Notes: generated by a model not told the origin, from the sequence alone. Positions 17,882-26,603 are shown, counted from the stretch's first letter. The stretch: 36,726 nucleotides of DNA from an uncultured Bacteroidaceae bacterium (GCA_964404555.1 CAYOKO010000002.1:1-36726), one strand, 5' to 3'. Numbers and translations: made by a program.

Positions 17882-20800
17882 ATGAAGATGTGTAGCTTGT
17901 GGGCACTGTTACTCTCCTTGTCGGTTCTCTTGTGTGGCTGTAGTGGAGAGCAAGATTCTAAGGTTGACGACCAACTATTACGCGCCGCTCAATCTTACGA
18001 ACAGGGGCATTGTGCTGCCGCCCTATCTCTAGCAGACAGCATTTCCGAAGGTTCCGACAATCAGTTTCACCTCCTGCAAGCCGACCTGCTTGCCATGCGC
18101 ATCTATATAACCACCGCTGCCAACGAAGCCTTTTGTCGTCGACGCAACAGTGCTCGTATGCGCATACAAATGATTTGCGAGGAACGTAACACTCTCTCCG
18201 ATGCACAGAAACAACGATACGACTCCCTACAGCTAGTTTACCATCTTTATTCCTATTTATATTATCGCAATGTTCACATGATGGAGCGTGTCGGCAATGA
18301 ACTCTCATCCCTCAGCTCACTGGAGGTTCTCACCCCCGATACTACGTTGCGTATTCGTTCCCGCCTCGTCACCGCATCCGATTCACTCTCCCTACGTGAC
18401 TACATTCCCTGGTGTCGTATCCACAACCATTGGCAGTTGGAGGGCGAACTCCTCATGCACGAGGCACGTTATGCCATAACCGAGCGCGATACGCTCACGG
18501 CACTCCTTAATGCCGAACAAGCGTGTCAACTCTTTGAACAATTAGGCAATCCATATCTGCGAGCCGAGAGTATGTGTTACATGGCACACCTCTACACCCG
18601 CAACAATGCACCTGTCATAGCCATAGACTATCTCAACGATGCACTGAATATTCTAGATACTATCTGTCAGGCTGACACCCTATCCACCCCTCTGCCACTC
18701 CTGGCAGATATTCGTGAGGAACTGAGTGTGGCGTACGCCTCTCTGGGCGATAAGCAGCAGAGCGACTATAACCGCAACCTCTACTTAGACATTCTAGATC
18801 TTTCGCGGCAAGATAAGGAAACGGAGAGTCGTTATGCACAGCTTCAACAGATTCATCAGCTCAACCTCTATATGCTGTTGGGCTTGTTCCTCCTTATCCT
18901 CTTGTTAATAGGATCGCTCACTCTGTTTCATCGTCTATGGAACCGTCGTAATCGCAGAGAAGCTCTGCGTATGGCAAACACCTCTCGCTACTGCCACGCC
19001 CTGCTCTCCGGTGAGCAACCGGAGCGTCCCGCAGACATCATTGTGCCACTGGTAGAGCCCTATGAACAGTGGGCACAGAGTAGGCACGATGCCAGCGAAC
19101 AGCAGGAAGAGAAACGTATGGAACTGGAGGAACAGTTGGCAGTACTCGGTAGCAAGAAGAGTGCGTCGCTGGAGAAGAATCTGGAGAAACGATCGCAAGT
19201 GGGCGTACTCGAGGTGATGATGCCAAACATAGAACGACTCTGTTACACCGTAGACCGATTGCGTAGCGATGGCGCAAACGCATCACAGGAGGAGTATGCC
19301 GGAGAGTTGGCAGACTGCATCTATAGTTATAATGAGATACTGGGTAACTGGATTAAAATGCAACGAGGCGAAGTGGCTCTCCGTCTGGAAACCTTCCCGC
19401 TGCAAAATATTTTTCAAGATCTGGCACGTGCTTCGGAGCGTTTCGAGGCAGACCACCTTACCCTCACGGTGCAACCCACCGATGTACGAGTAAAGGCAGA
19501 TAGTGCTCTCACCTTTTTTATGCTCAATACGCTCAGCGAAAACGCCCATAAGTTTACACCTCCCGGAGGCACCGTTACCATATCTGTCACTGAGGCAACG
19601 GACAATTATGTAGAGGTATCTGTAGCCGATACAGGAGTAGGCATCTCACCGGAGGATGTAGAAAAACTCATGAACGAGAAAGTCTATGATTCATCTACCG
19701 TAGGGCAGGGCACCGTGGATAAGAGTAAGAAAGGCTACGGATTCGGCATTATGAATTGTAAGGGAATCATCCATAAGTACATAAAGAGCGGTTCTATCTT
19801 CTCCGTCTGTACCTTTGGCGTAGAGAGTGAACCGGGCAAGGGGAGTAGGTTCTACTTCCGTCTACCCCGGGTGCTCACGTGGGTGTTTGCCCTTTTCATA
19901 GGTACATTATTGCCGTCGAAGGCAGCTCAGCCATCGCTCCGTCAGCAGATAAATCAGCTCACGGATTCCTGTTACTATAGCAATATTCGTGGTACCTACG
20001 AGCAGACGGTGGCATTTGCCGACAGTACACTCACACTCTACAATCGCTATACAGAGCAAATATTGGGACAACCGCTCACCGCTTCCCACCGTTTGGTACT
20101 CCTAGGCGATGATCACGAAACAGCTCCCGAGTGTGAGGGGGTGCGCCGAGGATACAATATAGACTACACGCCGCTGCTCTCCATACGCAACGAAGTGGCA
20201 GTCGCAGCGCTGGCGCTGCAGGACTTGTCGCTCTATGCTTATAACAACGAAGTCTATCAAGACCTCTATCACCTACTTTCGCAAGATCGAAAGTTGGATG
20301 ACACCTGCGAACGTCTGGATGGTTCCAATCACAATATACACGTATGGTGCATCCTCATGATTCTCATTCTGATAGCCATTCCCATAGCCTATTATTTCTG
20401 TCTGATACACAGTCGTATGCTGTATCGTTTCGAAGTAGCACGCATGATGGAGATAAACCGTCGCATCCTCGAATTGGCATCGCAACAAAAGGACTTGGAA
20501 CCGCTTCTCACCGGTATCATGGAAGCATATTGCGGACTGAGTGATATTCGCAGTATGTCACTTTATTTACCTCCCGTAGACGGACGTAATAAGCTCCTCC
20601 TAACCTCAGGCAACGAGGTAGATGAGATTACGGAACATAGCCTGGCGGTATGTATAGAAGAATGTACGGAATATCGTTCCCGTGAATTCTGTTGCTTCCC
20701 CCTCATCGCCTTTGATAGGTGTGTGGGAAGTGTAGCATTCCGTTTTGAAAAACAACCCTCCGAAACGCTTCAGACAGTGCTTCGAAGTAACACGTTGGAA

Positions 20801-21586
20801 CTCTTGTCTCACCTGCTCTACCACGCCCTTCTGCATCATCGCACAGGCGAAGAAGATATAGATACTTTGCAAAATAGCGTATGGCAACTCACCTACGAGG
20901 AATACAGACTCTACACCGAGAATATGATTCTGGACAACTGTCTCTCCTCCATCAAGCACGAAACTATGTACTATCCCGCATTGATGAAGCGTATGTTACA
21001 AAAGCGTGACACGTTACGTTCGCAAGAAGATTGGCAGTCGTTATTCGAAACCGTTGATTTTTATCGCCGTGTGTTCAATATACTTTGTACACGTGCCCAC
21101 CGTCAGATGGAGTACGCTCTCCTGCGTCCCGTATCACTCTCTCCGTCCTGGGTGCAGCAAGAGGTGCAGCGCATCTACAAGAGTTGTAATCGCAAGCATA
21201 GGGTGGAGGTGCAATTGAAGGTAGAGCTTCCGGAAGAGGCCGTCACTTTTCTGGGAGATTCATCGTGTGTGGCGTATCTCTTGCGCTTATGTGTGGAGGC
21301 GCTTCATGTACAGTGTGAAGGTGAGCTTACGTTGCAAGTTGCCCGTCATGCAGGCATGGTAAAAATAGCTATAGGTATGCCCGGTGGCAGTTGGCAGCAG
21401 GAAGAGCTAGACCGTCTCTTTTACCCAGCCGAGGAGCACATACCCTATTTAATAATGAGACAAATCGTCCGTATGCACGACGACTTCTTCGATTTCCGGG
21501 GATGTCGCATAGTAGCGCAGGCACGTGAAACGGGCGGATATGATATTTGGTTTACTTTAGTTGAAGAGAAATATGCAAAAATTTGA
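17882..21586 (+). CDS. large multi-domain sensor histidine-kinase-like protein (lipoprotein-type signal, three TM segments, HATPase_c, GAF-like, second kinase-like module)
   Basis: The ATG at 17882 gives MKMCSLWALLLSLSVLLCGCSG. TM segments lie at about 18863-18928, 19871-19915 and 20339-20407. The catalytic domain has an N box LSENAHKFTP, G1 DTGVGI and G2 GYGFGI. A downstream H-box-like SSIKHETMYYP is also present. Confidence 0.75.
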   Translation: MKMCSLWALLLSLSVLLCGCSGEQDSKVDDQLLRAAQSYEQGHCAAALSLADSISEGSDNQFHLLQADLLAMRIYITTAANEAFCRRRNSARMRIQMICEERNTLSDAQKQRYDSLQLVYHLYSYLYYRNVHMMERVGNELSSLSSLEVLTPDTTLRIRSRLVTASDSLSLRDYIPWCRIHNHWQLEGELLMHEARYAITERDTLTALLNAEQACQLFEQLGNPYLRAESMCYMAHLYTRNNAPVIAIDYLNDALNILDTICQADTLSTPLPLLADIREELSVAYASLGDKQQSDYNRNLYLDILDLSRQDKETESRYAQLQQIHQLNLYMLLGLFLLILLLIGSLTLFHRLWNRRNRREALRMANTSRYCHALLSGEQPERPADIIVPLVEPYEQWAQSRHDASEQQEEKRMELEEQLAVLGSKKSASLEKNLEKRSQVGVLEVMMPNIERLCYTVDRLRSDGANASQEEYAGELADCIYSYNEILGNWIKMQRGEVALRLETFPLQNIFQDLARASERFEADHLTLTVQPTDVRVKADSALTFFMLNTLSENAHKFTPPGGTVTISVTEATDNYVEVSVADTGVGISPEDVEKLMNEKVYDSSTVGQGTVDKSKKGYGFGIMNCKGIIHKYIKSGSIFSVCTFGVESEPGKGSRFYFRLPRVLTWVFALFIGTLLPSKAAQPSLRQQINQLTDSCYYSNIRGTYEQTVAFADSTLTLYNRYTEQILGQPLTASHRLVLLGDDHETAPECEGVRRGYNIDYTPLLSIRNEVAVAALALQDLSLYAYNNEVYQDLYHLLSQDRKLDDTCERLDGSNHNIHVWCILMILILIAIPIAYYFCLIHSRMLYRFEVARMMEINRRILELASQQKDLEPLLTGIMEAYCGLSDIRSMSLYLPPVDGRNKLLLTSGNEVDEITEHSLAVCIEECTEYRSREFCCFPLIAFDRCVGSVAFRFEKQPSETLQTVLRSNTLELLSHLLYHALLHHRTGEEDIDTLQNSVWQLTYEEYRLYTENMILDNCLSSIKHETMYYPALMKRMLQKRDTLRSQEDWQSLFETVDFYRRVFNILCTRAHRQMEYALLRPVSLSPSWVQQEVQRIYKSCNRKHRVEVQLKVELPEEAVTFLGDSSCVAYLLRLCVEALHVQCEGELTLQVARHAGMVKIAIGMPGGSWQQEELDRLFYPAEEHIPYLIMRQIVRMHDDFFDFRGCRIVAQARETGGYDIWFTLVEEKYAKI

Positions 21587-22298
21587 TGTTGTAGTGGTAG
21601 AAGATGTTCGTCTGGAATTGAAAGGAACATTGGAGATCTTGCGAACCGATATACCGGAGGCGAATGTTATAGGAACGGCGTCTACGGAGGCTGAATTCTA
21701 TAAGTTATTGGATAGCGGAGTCGTTCCTCAGCTCCTGCTTCTGGATTTGGGGTTAGGTGGTTCCACGGCAGTAGGTGTGGACATCTGTCGCAAAACGCGT
21801 GTACAGTTTCCAACGCTTCGTATCCTCATCTTCACAGGTGAGTTGTTGAACGAGAAAATCTGGGTAGATGCACTGGATGCAGGTGCTAACGGCGTCATTC
21901 TCAAAAGCGGCGAATTACTTACGCGTGCGGATGTTATGGCAGTCATGGAGGGACGTGAGAATGTGTTCAACCAACCCATTCTAGAGAAGATTACGGAGCG
22001 TTTCAAACAAGAAGTACGTTCGGAGTCTTTTAAGCGTGATGCGGCAATAAATTACGATATCGATGAGTACGATGAGCGTATGTTGCGTCATCTGGCTTTG
22101 GGATATACAAAGGAGATGATAGCATCGCTCAAGGGGATGCCGTTTGGTGTGAAGAGCCTGGAGAAACGTCAGAACGACCTGGTATCTCGTCTTTTTCCCG
22201 GAGGAGAACGTTCGGGTGTGAATGCCACCCGCTTGGTGGTTCGTGCGTTGCAGTTAAATATTATAGACCTCAACAATTTGGAACCCGACGATGAATAA
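21573..22298 (+). CDS. response regulator, REC domain plus LuxR/GerE-like HTH (NarL/FixJ type)
   Basis: MQKFDVVVVED..., receiver Asp in LLLLDLGL, then IFTGE and ILKSG. The C-terminal segment ERMLRHLALGYTKEMIASL...VKSLEKRQNDLVSRL is a divergent GerE-type HTH. The gene overlaps the kinase gene by 14 nt. Confidence 0.8.
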   Translation: MQKFDVVVVEDVRLELKGTLEILRTDIPEANVIGTASTEAEFYKLLDSGVVPQLLLLDLGLGGSTAVGVDICRKTRVQFPTLRILIFTGELLNEKIWVDALDAGANGVILKSGELLTRADVMAVMEGRENVFNQPILEKITERFKQEVRSESFKRDAAINYDIDEYDERMLRHLALGYTKEMIASLKGMPFGVKSLEKRQNDLVSRLFPGGERSGVNATRLVVRALQLNIIDLNNLEPDDE

Positions 22299-22899
22299 GT
22301 GGTGTGGTTGGTTCTCTCTGTTCTTGTTTCTGCTCACCGTATTACTGGTAGTGGGTTCATGGATCTTGTCGGCGTGGGGATATTCCGTAAGGGGTATCCT
22401 GCAGCCGGAAGGTATTCGTTGGCTTTTTGTAGTATTGCCGCAGGTGTGGACTATAAGTGTTACGGGACTGCTAATTCTGCTTTTCAGTGCAATAGGATGT
22501 ATAGAGAATAGCGGATTGTGGAGTATTCTTCGATACTACCTGTGTAGAACCATGGAACGACCCAATTATCGTCAACGTTTAGCATTTAAGTGGAGTATTT
22601 TCTTTTGGGTGTTATCCTTATTGCCATTTTTCTTATTGTCATTCACCCCACATTCATTATTATTGAGCGTGTCGGGCAATTTGTGGCACGGGTCACCCTT
22701 TATAGCATCGTTGCCGTATGTTATGATATGGTCTTTTCAAGTCCAATCGTTGCTATACGGAATGTTGTGTGGTAAGGTTACCACGTTGCCACGTATCATG
22801 CAACTCCTTACGCAAGGCATAGTGCGTTTTGCTCCACTTCTAGTACTATACTTACAAGCAAGACTCTTGTTCGTAATATACCGGTATGTGGCGGGTTGA
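22291..22899 (+). CDS. small polytopic membrane protein of unknown function
   Basis: 202 aa with about 5 TM helices, overlapping the regulator stop by 8 nt (ATGAATAA). The segments GILQPEGIRWLF and IENSGLWSIL faintly recall the N-terminus of AbgT-family transporters, which is a very tentative comparison. Confidence 0.55.
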   Translation: MNKWCGWFSLFLFLLTVLLVVGSWILSAWGYSVRGILQPEGIRWLFVVLPQVWTISVTGLLILLFSAIGCIENSGLWSILRYYLCRTMERPNYRQRLAFKWSIFFWVLSLLPFFLLSFTPHSLLLSVSGNLWHGSPFIASLPYVMIWSFQVQSLLYGMLCGKVTTLPRIMQLLTQGIVRFAPLLVLYLQARLLFVIYRYVAG

Positions 22900-22919
22900 T
22901 TATAAGGAGCATAGATGTC

Positions 22920-23759
22920 TTACTCCTCCGAATGGAACTTAATCAACCCCTCCATAGGGTCCGATAGAATGTTTCCTATGTTCAAACCGCATGAATGTGC
23001 CGCTGCCGCAATCTCCTCGGAAAAGGCTACTGTTAGCCCCCCGATGAGGTGAACCGGGAGATCAAGACGATTGTAGGGGAGTACGTTTCGGCGGAAAAAG
23101 TCATCGAAACACGACAACAGCAGCTTCCTTACACATTCTTTCCCCTTATGCGCCCGAAGGAACGGAGTGAACGATGCAAGGAAACGGTTGGGGTAGGGTT
23201 CACGATACACCCGCTGAATAATCTCCGCAGGAGTCAGACCGTATTCCGCTAAGAATGCCTCTTTTAGTCCCGGCTCCATCTGTTCCTTCAATAAGTCACC
23301 CACCAAGCGCTTACCCAGAACGGCGCCACTACCCTCATCTCCCAGGATGAATCCAAGGGGAGATATCTGTTGCGTTATCTCTTTGCCATTGTAAAGACAT
23401 GAATTGCTTCCCGTTCCCAGAATGCACGTTACACCCGGTTGTCGTCCACAGAGTGCCCGGGCAGCTCCCAACATATCACTGGACACCTCAACAATCACCC
23501 CCGGAAACAACTCACCGAGCAGCCTGCACATTCCTGGAATCTTCTCGAGCGTGCAACCTGCTCCATAGAAATAAATCGCCTCTATCTTTACTGTGGAAAG
23601 TTGCGGAAGCAGCTCTTCCAAGAGCATCTTCCGGATAGAATCATCCTCCTGCATAAAGGGATTAATCCCCGCAGTACGAACCGTGAATCCATCCTCGGGT
23701 AAGCATACTCGCCAGTTTGTTTTCGTCGACCCGCTATCGGCAATTAGTATTGTGCGCAT
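22920..23759 (-). CDS. BadF/BadG/BcrA/BcrD-type ATPase (N-acetylglucosamine kinase-like, ASKHA superfamily)
   Basis: Phosphate-1 motif IADSGSTKTNW, plus ILGTGSNS and ILGDEGSGA. 279 aa. Confidence 0.85.
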   Translation of the reverse strand: MRTILIADSGSTKTNWRVCLPEDGFTVRTAGINPFMQEDDSIRKMLLEELLPQLSTVKIEAIYFYGAGCTLEKIPGMCRLLGELFPGVIVEVSSDMLGAARALCGRQPGVTCILGTGSNSCLYNGKEITQQISPLGFILGDEGSGAVLGKRLVGDLLKEQMEPGLKEAFLAEYGLTPAEIIQRVYREPYPNRFLASFTPFLRAHKGKECVRKLLLSCFDDFFRRNVLPYNRLDLPVHLIGGLTVAFSEEIAAAAHSCGLNIGNILSDPMEGLIKFHSEE

Positions 23760-23760
23760 A

Positions 23761-26526
23761 TTACTCCTTTGCTATATCTTGAATCTGCTCCTCTATGATA
23801 CCCGTACGCTGCTTCGCCTCCTCGTGCCTCTCCAAGCGTGCTTCGATTTGAGCCAACTGTTTACGAATCTCCTCACCGTTCTTTTGGAGTTCTTGAAGCG
23901 TCGTCTTCAGGCTCTCACGTGTAGAATCCTCCGTTTCCGTACCACGTGTTTGCGGAGCATAGATGTTATTCTTCCACTCCACGAGTGCATTACGTGCGCT
24001 TTTCTCTATCTCCTCGGCCTTCTGCATCTGCACTGTAGTTTTCATAGTCTCCTTGCGCATTGTGTACCAGTCCGTATCCGAACGATAGGTACGTTCCAAT
24101 TCCGCAAACTGTACCGGCGGATGGTTGGCATTGAAGCGGTTCATCCACATATCCAATTTGGAACGCAGTGTCATTGTCTCCTGCTCCTGCCACTGTTGCT
24201 GTTGCAGCAATGTAGTACTCTGTCCCAACGTCTGCAACAAGTACTCGTTGGCACTATCGTAAGCACTGCGACACTTTACACGCTCCCGGCTCAGTTTATC
24301 CTTTTGCTCCGTCAGCTCCTTGAGATGTTCCTTAGGATCCTTCTCGCCCATAATCTCCGAGTATGTCTCCTTCTTATTGTTCAAGAGGAAGATTAACTTA
24401 CTCTTAGCATCATCCTGAGTAGCAATGTTTTGCTCAATCATTTCCAGTTGTGATGCAATCCCCTTGAGTTGCGCATCCAGTCCAGCCAACTCTACATCAA
24501 GCTTTTGTATCTGTTCCAGAAGCTTGTACCACTGAGACGACTTCTCCTGCATATTCATACGGAAGGACTCACTATTCTCCAACCACTCGGCATGCCAGTT
24601 GGCAAGCGTCATGTCGTGCTCCAGGTCGCTGTACAACTTGGAATACTCATCGCTCATCTTCTTAAGGCGAAGTTTCTCCTCCTCCACCAATCCCGAGAAC
24701 ACCTGACAAGCCGTGTTCAGCTCATTCAGTCCCACACGATTCTCATCACGTCTGCGCTCCAACTCGGAAATCTGTTCGTTCAATTGGTTGATGTTATCTT
24801 GATGGTAGGTGAAGTTCTCCATATTCTTATGCGCCTCCTCCGCCTGTCGGATAGTATTGTCCTGCAGTTGATGCAACATGATGGAACGAGCGTCACGATT
24901 CACCGATTCCGAGCAATCGGCAAAAGCCTCTCCCAGAAAATCGAAATCCTTCCACTGCTCCTTATCCTCGTTCAGCTGCAACCTCGCCGTCTGTATAGCC
25001 ATCTCCAGTTGCTCCATAACACCCCGTTCGTGTGCATGTTCCACCTCACTTTCGTACAGCATCTTCTCCTTCTGTTTCAAAAGAGCCTGTCCCTCCTCGA
25101 AGTCGCGTCCCAAAGCCTTCTGTAGGACACCCAGTGCCTGCTCCGTTTCCGAGTGATAGGGGTGATGCGTAGCACCACAAACAGAACAACTACACCCCTC
25201 GCGCAAATCCTGTCGCAGCAACGACACATCCTGACTCTTGCTCAGTGTATAAGCATATTTCTGCTGTTCGCAATTCTCACGCAGCGGACCTATGATACGG
25301 CGCATCTGCTCTATGTTCTGTTCCTCCGTCTGGTAGTGCAGACGAGTGCGATTCATCTCCTGAGTCTTCTCCTCCAAGAAATCATAGCACCTACAGATAC
25401 GCGCCCACACAAACGAAGCCCGTCGCAACATATTCTGTTGCAACGCCAGGTCAAAAGCACGCTTCTGTATGCTGTTCAAGTCCTGTCCGTGTATAGCCTC
25501 CTTGTGGATAAACAACTTCTGAGTGAGGTTGGACAGTTCGCTCTTCATATCCTGATCCTTGCGGAATAAATTATTGAGAGCCACATTATTAACCTCATAT
25601 TCACGCTGTTTACGGTCGAACTCGTTCTGTGCTGCCTCCGTATTTCGGCGCAGCACCTCCAGTCGGTTCAACTTCACCTGCAACATCGAAATATTCTCCA
25701 GCACATAGCGGTGAGGCACCAACACCTGCTGATCCTGCGTAGCCTGTTCACGCTTGCGCATAGTCTCTTGTCTACGCTTCTCCACTTCCTCCTGCTCCTT
25801 CAGCGCCGTCAGTCGGTCACCGTCCAGTTTACTCAGATTCTCCGTTATGGCCTCAATACGCAGTTCACACGTATTGATTTCACCCAGAAGCTCCAGTCCG
25901 GCATTCATGCGCTGCTGTACCGCACGAATCTCCAAGTCGGTGGTATTCTCCATACGCTCCTTATCCAGATATTCGTTGCGGAGTTGAGACACCGTCCCCT
26001 GCAACTCCTGTGCCAACTTATGCTTCGAACCCTGCTCCTGTTGAACCTGTGCCAGAAGATCCGTCATGATAAGAATCTTTTGGAACAAGCCATGCACCTT
26101 CTCGAACCGGTCGAAGCGATCCACCGCTTGTCGTTCGGTCTCCTGCTTCGTGTACTCCTGCAGCACCTTGCATTTTTCAGCCGTCGCCGCCTCTACAAGA
26201 GCGATGAGTTGGTCGTATCGGTCGAACCATTGCAAGCGATGATGCGTATTTTCAATATCCCTTTCTACGCTATCCAGTTTCGTCCTCAGCAGTTGTTGCA
26301 TCTCCAGGATGTGCTTCATGCTGGCATCCGTCAGCACCTCCTGCTTAGTACGTTGCAAGGCAAATTCCGCCTTTGCCAGTTTGCGGAACAGTCCCTCCAC
26401 CTCCGGAGACAACTCCGTACCGGTCTTCTCCTCGTACTTCTCCTTAGCGATATTATCTACCGACATCTGCTCCGTTTCCGGAGTCTTTTTATTGCTATTT
26501 TTATCTTGTTTCCAGAATAATTTCAT
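23761..26526 (-). CDS. 921-aa coiled-coil protein with a central SbcC/Rad50-like zinc-hook motif and no ATPase head domains
   Basis: E/Q/K/L/R-rich throughout. The single Cys cluster CSCSVCGATHHPYH lies at residues 445-458 (nt 25153-25194). No GxxxxGK[ST] motif is present anywhere. The stop TAA (23761-23763) is 1 nt from the downstream ATG (23757-23759). Confidence 0.75.
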   Translation of the reverse strand: MKLFWKQDKNSNKKTPETEQMSVDNIAKEKYEEKTGTELSPEVEGLFRKLAKAEFALQRTKQEVLTDASMKHILEMQQLLRTKLDSVERDIENTHHRLQWFDRYDQLIALVEAATAEKCKVLQEYTKQETERQAVDRFDRFEKVHGLFQKILIMTDLLAQVQQEQGSKHKLAQELQGTVSQLRNEYLDKERMENTTDLEIRAVQQRMNAGLELLGEINTCELRIEAITENLSKLDGDRLTALKEQEEVEKRRQETMRKREQATQDQQVLVPHRYVLENISMLQVKLNRLEVLRRNTEAAQNEFDRKQREYEVNNVALNNLFRKDQDMKSELSNLTQKLFIHKEAIHGQDLNSIQKRAFDLALQQNMLRRASFVWARICRCYDFLEEKTQEMNRTRLHYQTEEQNIEQMRRIIGPLRENCEQQKYAYTLSKSQDVSLLRQDLREGCSCSVCGATHHPYHSETEQALGVLQKALGRDFEEGQALLKQKEKMLYESEVEHAHERGVMEQLEMAIQTARLQLNEDKEQWKDFDFLGEAFADCSESVNRDARSIMLHQLQDNTIRQAEEAHKNMENFTYHQDNINQLNEQISELERRRDENRVGLNELNTACQVFSGLVEEEKLRLKKMSDEYSKLYSDLEHDMTLANWHAEWLENSESFRMNMQEKSSQWYKLLEQIQKLDVELAGLDAQLKGIASQLEMIEQNIATQDDAKSKLIFLLNNKKETYSEIMGEKDPKEHLKELTEQKDKLSRERVKCRSAYDSANEYLLQTLGQSTTLLQQQQWQEQETMTLRSKLDMWMNRFNANHPPVQFAELERTYRSDTDWYTMRKETMKTTVQMQKAEEIEKSARNALVEWKNNIYAPQTRGTETEDSTRESLKTTLQELQKNGEEIRKQLAQIEARLERHEEAKQRTGIIEEQIQDIAKE

Positions 26527-26546
26527 TGTAAGTTGCGATTATGACG

Positions 26547-26554
26547 CAAAGTTA
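26547..26554 (-). promoter_or_regulatory. -7 promoter box (TAACTTTG on the minus strand)
   Basis: TAnnTTTG match 21 nt upstream of the coiled-coil gene ATG at 26526. Confidence 0.4.
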
Positions 26555-26567
26555 CGCATTTTTTTGC

Positions 26568-26575
26568 TATCTTTG
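26568..26575 (+). promoter_or_regulatory. -7 promoter box (TATCTTTG)
   Basis: TAnnTTTG match 29 nt upstream of the hisS ATG. Confidence 0.4.
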
Positions 26576-26603
26576 CGCTCAAATTCAGTAAAAATATAGA
26601 ACT

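Noticed and set aside
23593-26520. Several long plus-strand ORFs (23593-24396, 24469-25125, 25153-25569, 25711-26520) opposite the coiled-coil gene
   Set aside because: These are shadow ORFs. The antisense of a GAG/CAG/AAG-rich coiled-coil gene gives stop-poor Leu/Ser/Phe-rich frames. They have no motifs and no independent promoter or terminator signals.
23761-26526. Reading the coiled-coil ORF as an sbcC pseudogene fragment
   Set aside because: The frame is intact for 921 codons. It has its own promoter box and a tightly abutting downstream gene, and neither flank contains remnants of ATPase-head coding sequence (hisS begins 77 nt upstream). A comparison with relatives is still needed.
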